Shown one piece after another: positions 25,280-33,869 of a DNA stretch of 61,022 bases. The stretch comes from an uncultured Candidatus Saccharibacteria bacterium (GTDB lineage: Bacteria > Patescibacteriota > Minisyncoccia > Phycocordibacterales > UBA12079), in contig CAZAKQ010000003.1 in NCBI GenBank assembly GCA_964486155.1, forward strand, positions 1 through 61,022, read 5' to 3'. The position numbers and the translations under genes were made by a program. Numbering within the stretch: the first letter of the stretch is position 1; each line of letters opens with the position of its first letter. Below the pieces are notes generated by a model. It was not told where the DNA came from. It searched no databases and worked only from the letters and a program-made list of their open reading frames with translations.

Positions 25280-28200
25280 ATGTCTAAGTTTTCACACCTT
25301 CATATTCATAGTCATTTTAGTCTTTTGAATGCTTTACCTAAAACAAAAGAATTGGTTTCTCGTGCTAAAGAATTAGAAATGTCTGCTCTAGCGATAACTG
25401 ATAATGGAAATATGTATGGCACAATTGAATTTTATCAAGAGTGTTTAAAACAAGAAATCAAACCTATCTTAGGAGTTGATTTTTATACTGCTTTAAAAAC
25501 TCGTCATGACAAAAGACCTGGGATAGATAATCGTAGTAATCGTTTAATTTTGTTAGCCAAAAATGAACAGGGTTATAAAAATTTAATTAAATTAGTAACT
25601 AAATCTTATTTAGAAGGTTTTTATTATCGTCCTAGAATTGATCGTGAATTAATCCAAAAATATAAAGAAGGCTTACTTTGCATAATGCCTCATTTTAGTG
25701 GAGAATCTTCTAAAGCTCTTCAATATGGAGATATTGAAAAAGCAAAAGAAGTTACAGATTGGTATCGAAAAATTTTTTCTGATTTCTATTTGGAAATCAC
25801 TCATCATCCAGAAATTGAAGGACAAGTTGAACTTAAAGAAAAAATTATAGATTTTGCTAAAAAAGAAAATTTAGATTTAGTGGCTTGCCAAGATGTTTAT
25901 TACATGAATCCTGATGACAAAAAAGCTCGAGATATTTTAATGTCAATTCAAAGTTCTAATACTAAATTTAGAAATGAAAAAGAAGATTTTTCTTTTATAG
26001 ATGAAATAACAGCTCAAAAATATTTTAAAGACACCCCAGAAGCAATTGAAAATATTCAAAAGATCGTAGATAAATGTAATATTGAATTAGATGTTGATAG
26101 TTGGTATTTCCCTGATATTGAAATTCCAAAAGGAGAAGATTATAATTCTCAACTTCGCAAAACTACTTATGCTGGAATAGAAAAAAGAGGTTTTACAAAA
26201 ACTAAAGAAATTGAAGAAAGGATTGAATATGAACTAAAAATTATTAAAGATAAAGGTTATTCATCATATTTTTTGATAATTGCTGATTTAATTCAATATG
26301 CTAGATCTGTAGGAATTTTGACTAATACTAGAGGTTCAGCAGCAGGATCTCTTGTTTCCTATTTAAATTTTATTACTAAAGTAGATCCTCTTAAATTAAA
26401 ACTTCCTTTTGAACGATTTATGAATCCTGGACGTCCCGGAATTCCTGATATTGATGTCGATATTGCTGATATTCGTCGAGATGATGTAATTGATTACATG
26501 AGAAAAAAATATGGGAATAAAGCTGTCGCTCAAATAGGAACTTTTGGAACTATGGCAGCTCGCGGATCTGTAAGAGATGTGACTAGAGCTTTAGGTTTTC
26601 CTTATGAACTAGGAGATAAAATTGCTAAATTAATTCCAATGGGCTCTCAAGGTTTCCCAATGACAATCGCCCGAGCTCTAGATATGGAAAAAGATTTGGA
26701 AAAATTACATAAAAATGATAAAGATGTTCAAGAAATAATTAAATACGCTCAAAAAATTGAAGGGTGTGCGAGACATATTTCTACTCATGCTGCTGGAGTT
26801 TTAATTTCTCCAACTCGAGTAGACGATTATACTCCTGTACAACAGGATAAAGACGGAAAAATTATTACTCAATATGATATGTATACTGGAGGTCGCGATG
26901 GAGTAGTTAATTTACCTAAATTTGATATTTTAGGAATTAAAAATTTATCTATTTTAGCTAATGCTATAAAATTAGCAAAAAAATTAAAAGGAGTAGAAGT
27001 TGATTTAGATAATATAGATTTAGAAGACAAAAAAACCTACGATATGTTAGCTCGAGGAGAAACCATGGGAACTTTCCAATTGAATGGACAAGGAATGACT
27101 CAGTATTTAAAAGAGTTGGAACCTCAAACTATTTGGGATATTATGGCAATGGTAGCTCTGTATCGTCCTGGACCAATAGCTTTTATCCCTGATTATATTA
27201 AAAGAAAAAATAATCCTAAATTAGTAACTTATTTACATCCTGAATTAAAAGATATTTTAGAACCAACTTACGGAATTATCATTTATCAAGATGATGTCAT
27301 GATGATTGCTGTAAATTTAGCCGGTTATACTTGGGCGGAAGCTGACAAATTCCGAAAAGCCATGGGAAAGAAAATTCCTGAAATGATGGCTGAACAACAT
27401 GATAAATTTTTCAAAGGTTGTTTAGAACATGGATTAGAGAAAAAAACTGTTAAAAAATTATGGGAGACTATTGAAACTTTTGCTGCTTATGGATTTAATA
27501 AAGCCCATTCTGCAAGTTATGGACGAATAGCTTATGAGACATCATATATGAAGGCTAACTTCCCTATTGAATATATGACTGCTTTGTTAATGGCTGATTC
27601 TGGTGACACAGATAAAGTTTCTGAAATAATCACAGAGTGTAAAAGATTAGGAATTGAAGTTCTTCCTCCTGATATAAATGAATCTTTTACAGATTTTACT
27701 ATTATTAAAAATGAAGAAACTGGTAATGAAGCTATTCGTTTTGGACTACAAACTATTAAAAATTTTGGAGAAGGAGTAGCTAATGAAGTAATTCAAGAAC
27801 GAAAGAAAAATGGAAAATTTAAATCGCTAGTAGATTTTTTGGAAAGAATTCAAGGAAGAAATATGAACAAAAAATCTCTAGAAGCTTTGACTATGTGTGG
27901 AGCTATGGATAAATTAGGCGAAAGAAAACAGATTATAGAAAATATGTATGAATTATTACAATACTCTAAAGATTTTGCCTCTAAACCAGAAGGTCAAGAT
28001 TCTTTATTTGGAGAGGATGTTAGTGTTTCTGAAATTACTCTTGAAAAAACTGAGCCAGCTACTATGGAACAAAAATTAATTTGGGAGAAAGAATTATTAG
28101 GTTTATATATTTCGGGACATCCTTTAGATAAATTTTCTAAACAATTATCAAAAAATCAAACTAATTTAATTAAAGTTAAAAAAGAATCTTTAGAAGGACT

Positions 28201-28444
28201 AACTACAGTAGTGGCTGGAATTGTAGAAGAATGCAAACCTATCTTAACCAAAAAAGGTGACAAAATGGCTTTTGTTCGGTTGTCTGATTTTAGCGGATCT
28301 TTAGAAGTGGTGGTTTTCCCAAAAGTTTACACAGAATTTGCTGACCTATTAGAAGAAGAAAAATGTATTATGATAAAAGGAAAAATTTCTAAAAGGAATG
28401 ACGAAACATCATTACTCGCTGAAAAAATAAAAGAACTTAAATAA
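25280..28444 (+). CDS. dnaE: DNA polymerase III alpha subunit
   Basis: The ORF is 1054 aa. It has an N-terminal PHP domain (HLHIHSHFSLL), the palm/fingers block FNKAHSASY and a C-terminal OB fold. Confidence 0.95.
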   Translation: MSKFSHLHIHSHFSLLNALPKTKELVSRAKELEMSALAITDNGNMYGTIEFYQECLKQEIKPILGVDFYTALKTRHDKRPGIDNRSNRLILLAKNEQGYKNLIKLVTKSYLEGFYYRPRIDRELIQKYKEGLLCIMPHFSGESSKALQYGDIEKAKEVTDWYRKIFSDFYLEITHHPEIEGQVELKEKIIDFAKKENLDLVACQDVYYMNPDDKKARDILMSIQSSNTKFRNEKEDFSFIDEITAQKYFKDTPEAIENIQKIVDKCNIELDVDSWYFPDIEIPKGEDYNSQLRKTTYAGIEKRGFTKTKEIEERIEYELKIIKDKGYSSYFLIIADLIQYARSVGILTNTRGSAAGSLVSYLNFITKVDPLKLKLPFERFMNPGRPGIPDIDVDIADIRRDDVIDYMRKKYGNKAVAQIGTFGTMAARGSVRDVTRALGFPYELGDKIAKLIPMGSQGFPMTIARALDMEKDLEKLHKNDKDVQEIIKYAQKIEGCARHISTHAAGVLISPTRVDDYTPVQQDKDGKIITQYDMYTGGRDGVVNLPKFDILGIKNLSILANAIKLAKKLKGVEVDLDNIDLEDKKTYDMLARGETMGTFQLNGQGMTQYLKELEPQTIWDIMAMVALYRPGPIAFIPDYIKRKNNPKLVTYLHPELKDILEPTYGIIIYQDDVMMIAVNLAGYTWAEADKFRKAMGKKIPEMMAEQHDKFFKGCLEHGLEKKTVKKLWETIETFAAYGFNKAHSASYGRIAYETSYMKANFPIEYMTALLMADSGDTDKVSEIITECKRLGIEVLPPDINESFTDFTIIKNEETGNEAIRFGLQTIKNFGEGVANEVIQERKKNGKFKSLVDFLERIQGRNMNKKSLEALTMCGAMDKLGERKQIIENMYELLQYSKDFASKPEGQDSLFGEDVSVSEITLEKTEPATMEQKLIWEKELLGLYISGHPLDKFSKQLSKNQTNLIKVKKESLEGLTTVVAGIVEECKPILTKKGDKMAFVRLSDFSGSLEVVVFPKVYTEFADLLEEEKCIMIKGKISKRNDETSLLAEKIKELK

Positions 28445-28496
28445 ATTCAAAACCAACGAACTTCATCGTCAGTCTTGGAAAAATGTTTGAACTTTT

Positions 28497-28586
28497 GAGG
28501 TCCGACTCCGCCAGCTGGCGGATTAACTAAAATAACCGTAATCTTTAGCTAATTGTTCTATCTTATCAATGCCGAAGTCGTACCTC
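28497..28586 (+). ncRNA. ~90-nt 3'-flank structured element, copy 3 (downstream of dnaE)
   Basis: The closing stem is gaggtccgac (28497-28506) with gtcgtacctc (28577-28586), followed by T7. It has the same core, including tccgccagctggcgga (28507-28522). It is co-oriented with dnaE. Confidence 0.5.
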
Positions 28587-28656
28587 TTTTTTTAAAACTC
28601 AAAATATTTCCCCTCACTTCCTCGAACTTCTTCTGATTTTATAGTTATTTAAAACT

Positions 28657-28684
28657 CAACTATTCCAGTTAACTGGAATAGTTG
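28657..28684. repeat. Perfect 28-nt palindrome caactattccagtt|aactggaatagttg
   Basis: It lies between the convergent dnaE and Nudix genes. A near-identical copy is at 12469-12496. Confidence 0.8.
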
Positions 28685-28689
28685 ATTTT

Positions 28690-29523
28690 CTATTTTTCTA
28701 AATATTTTTTAACTTCATTAAGTAAATTTTGAGATTCTTTAAAAGTAATAGTACTTAAAGCTTCAGAATAATTTAACCATTTTATTTGTTTTATTTCATG
28801 CTTAAATTCATTTGTTATTTTTTTATTAGTATCCGAAACAAATCCAATGAAATATTTTACTTGTTTATCATGTTTTTTACCATCTTTTTCAAAAGAATAA
28901 AATTCAAAAAACTCTTTCTCATTTTCTAATTTTATATTTTTAATTCCAGTTTCTTCGTAAAGTTCTCTTTTAGCAGTATCTAAATCATTTTCGTTTGTTT
29001 TTTTGTGACCTTTGGGAAAAGCCCAGTGACCTCCTTTGTGTAAAACTACTAGAAATAAATCTTCTTTTGTATCTTCTGAAAACACAGGTATTACTCCAAT
29101 TGATTTGTCTTTAATTTTTTTATTTATCGCTTTATCAATAAAAAGATAAATCAAATTAACAACCAATACTGCTATAAAAATTATTCCTGATTGTATTAAA
29201 AAAAAGAGAATTGCAAATCCTTCTGCTTCACCTTGAAAAACAATAAATACCCAAGGGAATAACAAAATGCTTCCAAATAGAACATATGATAAAGGAATAA
29301 GAAGACTTTTACCATAACTTACAAAATCACGATTTTTATGCTGATAGAGTAGACACGTTAAAATAATAAAAATAGGAAACACCCATGAATAAATAAAACC
29401 AATTATATCAAATAATGAAAAAGCAAATCCAGATTTAAAAAATCTTTCTGTAATCACCAACAAGGTAAATAATATTACGAAAACACCATTTACAATTAGT
29501 ATTTTATTAATTAATTCTTTCAT
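28690..29523 (-). CDS. Membrane-anchored Nudix hydrolase (polytopic N-terminal domain plus canonical Nudix box)
   Basis: The ORF is 277 aa with ~4-5 TM helices. It has GHKKTNENDLDTAKRELYEETGI, which fits GX5EX7REUXEEXGU, and an HWAFPKGH Ap4A-hydrolase-like context. Confidence 0.75.
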   Translation of the reverse strand: MKELINKILIVNGVFVILFTLLVITERFFKSGFAFSLFDIIGFIYSWVFPIFIILTCLLYQHKNRDFVSYGKSLLIPLSYVLFGSILLFPWVFIVFQGEAEGFAILFFLIQSGIIFIAVLVVNLIYLFIDKAINKKIKDKSIGVIPVFSEDTKEDLFLVVLHKGGHWAFPKGHKKTNENDLDTAKRELYEETGIKNIKLENEKEFFEFYSFEKDGKKHDKQVKYFIGFVSDTNKKITNEFKHEIKQIKWLNYSEALSTITFKESQNLLNEVKKYLEK

Positions 29524-29727
29524 ACACTTTTATTATTTATTTGTTAATATAATTTTCGTGTTTTTGATATTATTTGGAATGGATAATTCTAAAATAAATT
29601 TAATAGATAATAACCTTTTACATCCTCCAATTGTATCCATTCAGTATACTGTTTACTTATCTCACTATTAATTTTTTTTAAAATTTATCCTTTTCAAAAA
29701 TTTATGCTCATTTTCAAAAGTTTATGC

Positions 29728-30168
29728 TCATTCTTGTTTTGAATGCCTATAGCATTCATTTTTCCAGGATTCTGTTTTGATCATATCGCAAATGGAAGAA
29801 TCTTTAATAGTTATTGCAACATTAATCAAGCAAGAATCAATAAGCTTGTTTACATCATTAGAGATTAATCCGGAAACCATTACCATATTTTGACAAATAT
29901 TGGGATCTTTTTTCCCTGCTGCTGTGCCAATAATGCAGGCATTTTTTAATTCTTTGTTCTTAATATTTTGACAGATGTCCAAATCTTTTTTCTCGAAAGC
30001 AATCTTAGTATAACAGCTTGAAACACAAGAAGCGCAATCGGAAAAAATTCTTTCTTTAATGCTATTTTTGCAAGAGGCAAAGGGATCATTTAATATATGG
30101 AAACTAAATCCAATTATCGATATAACTACTATAATTACTAAAATAAATACTATTTTTTTATTTTTCAT
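29728..30168 (-). CDS. Secreted or membrane-anchored Cys-rich repeat protein, hypothetical
   Basis: The ORF is 146 aa with a signal/anchor helix and repeated C-x(n)-C units (DLDICQNI, DPNICQNM, DSSICDMI). Confidence 0.45.
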   Translation of the reverse strand: MKNKKIVFILVIIVVISIIGFSFHILNDPFASCKNSIKERIFSDCASCVSSCYTKIAFEKKDLDICQNIKNKELKNACIIGTAAGKKDPNICQNMVMVSGLISNDVNKLIDSCLINVAITIKDSSICDMIKTESWKNECYRHSKQE

Positions 30169-30197
30169 TTTTTCATTATACCATGTTCAAAAAATTT

Positions 30198-30226
30198 CAA
30201 CACCTCAAGTCGTTGAGGTGTTCAGC
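30198..30226. repeat. Hairpin caacacctcaag-tc-gttgaggtgtt(cagc), copy 1
   Basis: Its first 30 nt are identical to 31420-31449, and the homologous flank extends to about 48 nt. It lies just beyond the stop of the STAS-like gene. Confidence 0.8.
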
Positions 30227-30241
30227 TCCTTTATAGCTATG

Positions 30242-30544
30242 TTAAGCAAAAATATTATCTAACTTAATATTTGAAACTGGTTCTTTTTTAATTGCCATAG
30301 ACCGAGCTACAATTTCAAACATTTTTGAAATATCTTCGTTTGTGTTTTCAAATATTAAATATTTATTTTTCTTAACTTTATATTCTTCTTTTAATTTTAA
30401 AAATTCATGAGCAGCAGATCTAGAAATAAAGTCAACGTTAGAAAAATCTAAAACAACAGAATTGTCTTTTGCTTTTTCTATCTCTTTTTGATAATCTCTT
30501 ATCAAATCACGAGAACTTAAGATTTTTCTTTTTATTTTTATCAT
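30242..30544 (-). CDS. STAS-like (DUF4325-type) small protein
   Basis: The ORF is 100 aa. It has VVLDFSNVDFISRSAAHEFLKL, typical of STAS-like DUF4325. It is paired with the upstream GHKL ATPase. Confidence 0.55.
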   Translation of the reverse strand: MIKIKRKILSSRDLIRDYQKEIEKAKDNSVVLDFSNVDFISRSAAHEFLKLKEEYKVKKNKYLIFENTNEDISKMFEIVARSMAIKKEPVSNIKLDNIFA

Positions 30545-30568
30545 AATGTTTATGTTTATATAATAATA

Positions 30569-31387
30569 CTATTCTACAAAATTATAAAAGTCAATTTTTG
30601 ATTCAGGAAGAGGAATACGATAAGAAATAACAACTCCTTCCCAATTAATAGGAAATTGAGAAATTGTTTCCATTTTTGAATTAGCAAAATAAAATGCTTC
30701 TCCTGATATTAAAACAAATTCTCCCAACATCCCTTTAGTCACAAGTTCCTTTGAAGTTCTTAAACCATAACCTCTTTCTTCTCCTTTTGTACTATTCCCC
30801 TTAAATACTTCTTTTATAGAATCTATGTCTGATAAATCTATATTTTGATGATCTTTATAATTTTTAGAAAAACCTTTCCCTGTATCTACAATACAGATTT
30901 CTAATACTTTTTTATTAGGATAATATTGTAGTAAAGTATAACCAAAATCTTCTCCGCTATGTTCAAATATGTTTGTTATCAACTCACTCAAAGGTAATAA
31001 ATATGAATTTCTATTACCCTCTTGTTTTTTTGGTAAAAATTGAAATAGTTTTTGAAAAAATAAATTTTTGAAATCTTCTCTATCTTCTATATTATCATTT
31101 TTTAATTTAATTATAGGTGTATAAGTTTTATTTAGTAATCTAGAAATTCTTTTAAAAGAATTTTTATTATCGATTCCATTTGGGAATCTTACTGTTTTTA
31201 AATAATCTGAAATATTTGAAGATATATTTTTATAATCAGAATTATTTTTATCAATATAAGCAGAAATAGGTAATAATAGAATAGGTTCTATCCAATTAAT
31301 CTTAGAAAAATCAAAACAATCCGTTTCCTTAAAATTTTTAAAAATATCTATAAAAGAAATTAATTGTTTTTTTGTTAAAGGGTTCAT
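30569..31387 (-). CDS. GHKL-superfamily ATPase (anti-sigma-factor/Ser-kinase-like HATPase_c) with an unknown N-terminal domain
   Basis: It has the Bergerat-fold boxes ELITNIFEH (N box), DTGKGF (G1) and GYGL (G2). Confidence 0.65.
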   Translation of the reverse strand: MNPLTKKQLISFIDIFKNFKETDCFDFSKINWIEPILLLPISAYIDKNNSDYKNISSNISDYLKTVRFPNGIDNKNSFKRISRLLNKTYTPIIKLKNDNIEDREDFKNLFFQKLFQFLPKKQEGNRNSYLLPLSELITNIFEHSGEDFGYTLLQYYPNKKVLEICIVDTGKGFSKNYKDHQNIDLSDIDSIKEVFKGNSTKGEERGYGLRTSKELVTKGMLGEFVLISGEAFYFANSKMETISQFPINWEGVVISYRIPLPESKIDFYNFVE

Positions 31388-31419
31388 TAATAAAATTATA
31401 TCATATTTTAAAAAACTAC

Positions 31420-31448
31420 CAACACCTCAAGTCGTTGAGGTGTTCAGC
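31420..31448. repeat. Hairpin caacacctcaag-tc-gttgaggtgtt(cagc), copy 2
   Basis: It is a direct repeat of 30198-30226. It lies just beyond the stop of the wHTH gene. Confidence 0.8.
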
Positions 31449-31458
31449 TTTTTGATGG

Positions 31459-31764
31459 CTATATTACTTGATAATACACAGATTGACCAACTGTGCCGAT
31501 TTGTTTAATTTTTCCTTCTTTTTCTAACTGATCAAGATATCTTTCTGCAGTTGCGTTAGATACATTACATAGTTCTTCTATATCATTATTCGTTATCTTT
31601 TCGTTATCGTTTAAAAATTCTAGAATTTTAGATTTATTTTCAATTTTGGCTTCTGCTTGTTTTGAAAGAATATTTTTCTTTCCTCTTCCTCCTTTTTGCA
31701 TACTAAAATAACTTCCAATAATAATTCCTGCTATTCCTATTATAATTAAAATTGTGTAGTTCAT
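31459..31764 (-). CDS. Membrane-anchored winged-helix DNA-binding protein
   Basis: The ORF is 101 aa with an N-terminal TM helix. It has a wHTH segment ITNNDIEELCNVSNATAERYLDQLEKEGKI. Confidence 0.55.
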   Translation of the reverse strand: MNYTILIIIGIAGIIIGSYFSMQKGGRGKKNILSKQAEAKIENKSKILEFLNDNEKITNNDIEELCNVSNATAERYLDQLEKEGKIKQIGTVGQSVYYQVI

Positions 31765-31825
31765 ATAAATTATTGTAACATATCTGATTGAGTTTTTACT
31801 ATAAGTTGATATAATCCAAGTTATT

Positions 31826-31900
31826 GGCCCTATCGTCTAATGGTTAGGACGCAAGCTTCTCAAGCTTGTAATCCGGGTTCGACTCCCGGTAGGGTCACCA
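31826..31900 (+). tRNA. tRNA-Glu(CTC), CCA encoded
   Basis: The sequence reads GGCCCTA..CAAGC-TTCTCAA-GCTTG..CCGGG-TTCGACT-CCCGG-TAGGGTC-A-CCA. Confidence 0.92.
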
Positions 31901-31999
31901 AATCCTGTTTTTCTATATATTTATCCGTCTTGACACAAAAAACCAAAGCATGTTTCGGTTTTTTGTGTTTTTGGGGTAAAATTAAAGATATAAATAAAC

Positions 32000-32905
32000 A
32001 TGCAAAAATATAATTTTATAAAAAAAGATATTATTGATAATTTATCCCATCAAAAAAATCCACCTTTTAAACTTGTTGAAATATGTCATGATATCAATAC
32101 TAATTATTTAAAAAATAGATATCAAGTAGTGATAGTATTTATCAGAGCTGTATTAGATTACATCCCTCCAATTTTTGGATATAAAACAACTTCTCAAGTA
32201 TATAGTAATTTAAAAAAATATAAATCATTCAAAAAAGCTCTAGAAGGAGTAGATAAATCTACAAGAAATCTTGCTGATGATATATTACACAATCAAGCAA
32301 CTATTAATGAAATAATAAAAGTTGATAAACCCTCTTGTGATTTTGTTAGAGATAATTTAACTCTTATTCTTACCTCTGTTATAAATCAATTAGAAAAAAA
32401 AGATTTACGAACTACTTCTCTAAATCGATTAGAAAAAAAATATGAAAAACCTAAATCTCAAATCCAATTATTTGAAAAATATATAAAAAATATAAGAAAC
32501 TGGAAAAAAGAATTTATAAACAGCAAAGAAGTTTGGATTTATTCAAAAGATAATTTATACCAAATTCATCAACAAGATGATATTAAAGATTTTTCAGAGC
32601 CTTGGACTCAAGTTTGGTTCAATTCAAAAGGTTCTGGTAAATATTATATAGATTTAAAATATAATGGTAGCATCATAAAACAATTTCCAATGATTTATTT
32701 TGATGGGGGAAGAGAAAATATAATTATGCCAAAAATGGAAACTTCTTCAAAAACTAATTTCTGGGAAAATAAAGATATTTATGGAGGTCATTATAAAAAT
32801 GTTGCTTACTATATAATTAAAGATAGTATAGAGTACAACCTATCAAAACTTTTAGGTTCAAATATTGAAAAGATAATTAAAAAGTCTAATATTGAGATAA
32901 GATAA
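32000..32905 (+). CDS. Hypothetical protein (orphan, between tRNA-Glu and the tRNA-Glu-like repeats)
   Basis: The ORF is 301 aa and Lys/Asn-rich. I recognise no family. Confidence 0.5.
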   Translation: MQKYNFIKKDIIDNLSHQKNPPFKLVEICHDINTNYLKNRYQVVIVFIRAVLDYIPPIFGYKTTSQVYSNLKKYKSFKKALEGVDKSTRNLADDILHNQATINEIIKVDKPSCDFVRDNLTLILTSVINQLEKKDLRTTSLNRLEKKYEKPKSQIQLFEKYIKNIRNWKKEFINSKEVWIYSKDNLYQIHQQDDIKDFSEPWTQVWFNSKGSGKYYIDLKYNGSIIKQFPMIYFDGGRENIIMPKMETSSKTNFWENKDIYGGHYKNVAYYIIKDSIEYNLSKLLGSNIEKIIKKSNIEIR

Positions 32906-33156
32906 TTTATATAAATAAAACAAAAAACTACCGTCTAGTAACGGTTTCTATTTCTGATAAAATTAGCAAAAATAGGTAGAGGGGTTTGTTTTAGTATGAT
33001 AGATAAGCTATATACAAACTTTTTGCTAATTTTTTATAATTAATATTATTTGGAATTTTCTTTTTTAATTCAGTATAACAAGAATACTTGAGCCAAGGAT
33101 TTTTTTTCGAACAATAACGCTGAAATATTAGGTCTCTTTCATTCTGTGGTTCTAAA

Positions 33157-33185
33157 GTTCGAGAGTTGTCCCGATAGGGTTCACA
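33157..33185 (+). repeat. Degenerate tRNA-Glu 3'-end copy (unit U0) followed by a terminator hairpin
   Basis: gttcgagagttgtcccgatagggttcaca compares with the tRNA's gttcgactcccggtagggtcacca. It is followed by aaaaaactcagtcttttgactgggtttttt. Confidence 0.5.
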
Positions 33186-33224
33186 AATTTAAAAAACTCA
33201 GTCTTTTGACTGGGTTTTTTAAAT

Positions 33225-33367
33225 TCTAGTGAATCCCCTGTGTGGGATAGTCGAAAGTCAGAAGAAAATTCGAGATTTTCTGAGACGGGGTCGAGAACAC
33301 TTTGTAAAATTTGAGTTTACGAAAAATTTTACTTAGTGATTCGTGACCGACTCCCGGTAGGGTCACA
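33225..33367 (+). ncRNA. tRNA-Glu-like structured unit U1
   Basis: It ends in cgactcccggtagggtcac, a 19-nt exact match to tRNA-Glu 31880-31898. It contains two AT hairpins set in G+C-rich junction helices. A 21-bp perfect hairpin follows at 33364-33409. Confidence 0.4.
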
Positions 33368-33409
33368 AATCGCCAAAGAGCAAATAGTTTTGCTCTTTGG
33401 CGATTTGTG

Positions 33410-33525
33410 AAGGCGGAGGCCTATTTTTACGACCTATTAGAGAGTAAAAAAGCTGAGCCGAGGTCACGAACACTTAGATATTTTAAGTCCGTAAGGACGA
33501 AAAAAATATTTAGTGATTCGGGACA
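33410..33525 (+). ncRNA. tRNA-Glu-like structured unit U2 (lacks the acceptor-like 3' end)
   Basis: It has the same module order as U1 and U3: ...ggaggc, AT hairpin, ctgagccgaggtcacgaacac, AT hairpin, gtgattcgggac. Confidence 0.35.
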
Positions 33526-33606
33526 CAAGTAAACTCAGTATGCAAAGCACTCAATTAACTCAACTAAAGAATCAAAGCGAATGCTTTGATTTTTTATATT
33601 TTGGTA

Positions 33607-33770
33607 GACCCTACTGGGAGCCGAAAGACGGAGGCTGCGAAGCCATATTTTTCAGAAAGAAAAATATGCAGTCGAGTCCGGGCAGGAGCCACTTGATAAA
33701 ATATAAGTGAACTTGTGAACGAAATATTTTATCTTAGTGAGCTGACGCCGAATCTTCCGGTAGGGTCACA
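33607..33770 (+). ncRNA. tRNA-Glu-like structured unit U3 with a complete acceptor-type closing stem
   Basis: 5' GACCCTAC (33607-33614) pairs perfectly with 3' GTAGGGTC (33760-33767), followed by ACA. The interior holds two AT hairpins and G+C junction helices homologous to U1 and U2. Confidence 0.45.
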
Positions 33771-33869
33771 AAAACTCAAATATCTTTACTTTTTAAACTT
33801 TTTAGTTTATATTTTTTGTAGAAGAAGTAACAGTTAATTTAAACTTCAAACCCAAAAAGGAGCCCTTTT

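Noticed and set aside
30198-31448. Integron-like cassette with attC sites (palindromes after each ORF)
   Set aside because: The palindromes lack the RYYYAAC/GTTRRRY core sites (here the end is GTTCAGC). Only two or three copies exist and no intI-like gene is present.
33513-33710. ORF 33513..33710 (+), 65 aa
   Set aside because: It lies inside the tRNA-Glu-like structured array, spanning U2 and U3. It has no SD, and its sequence is dictated by the hairpins.
31826-33775. Classical integrated genomic island or prophage at tRNA-Glu (attL/attR made from tRNA 3'-end repeats)
   Set aside because: No integrase, recombinase or phage gene lies between the repeats. The repeat units are only ~150 nt apart and homologous to each other. 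One unit also retains the 5' acceptor strand, which att scars do not. A degraded island cannot be fully excluded.
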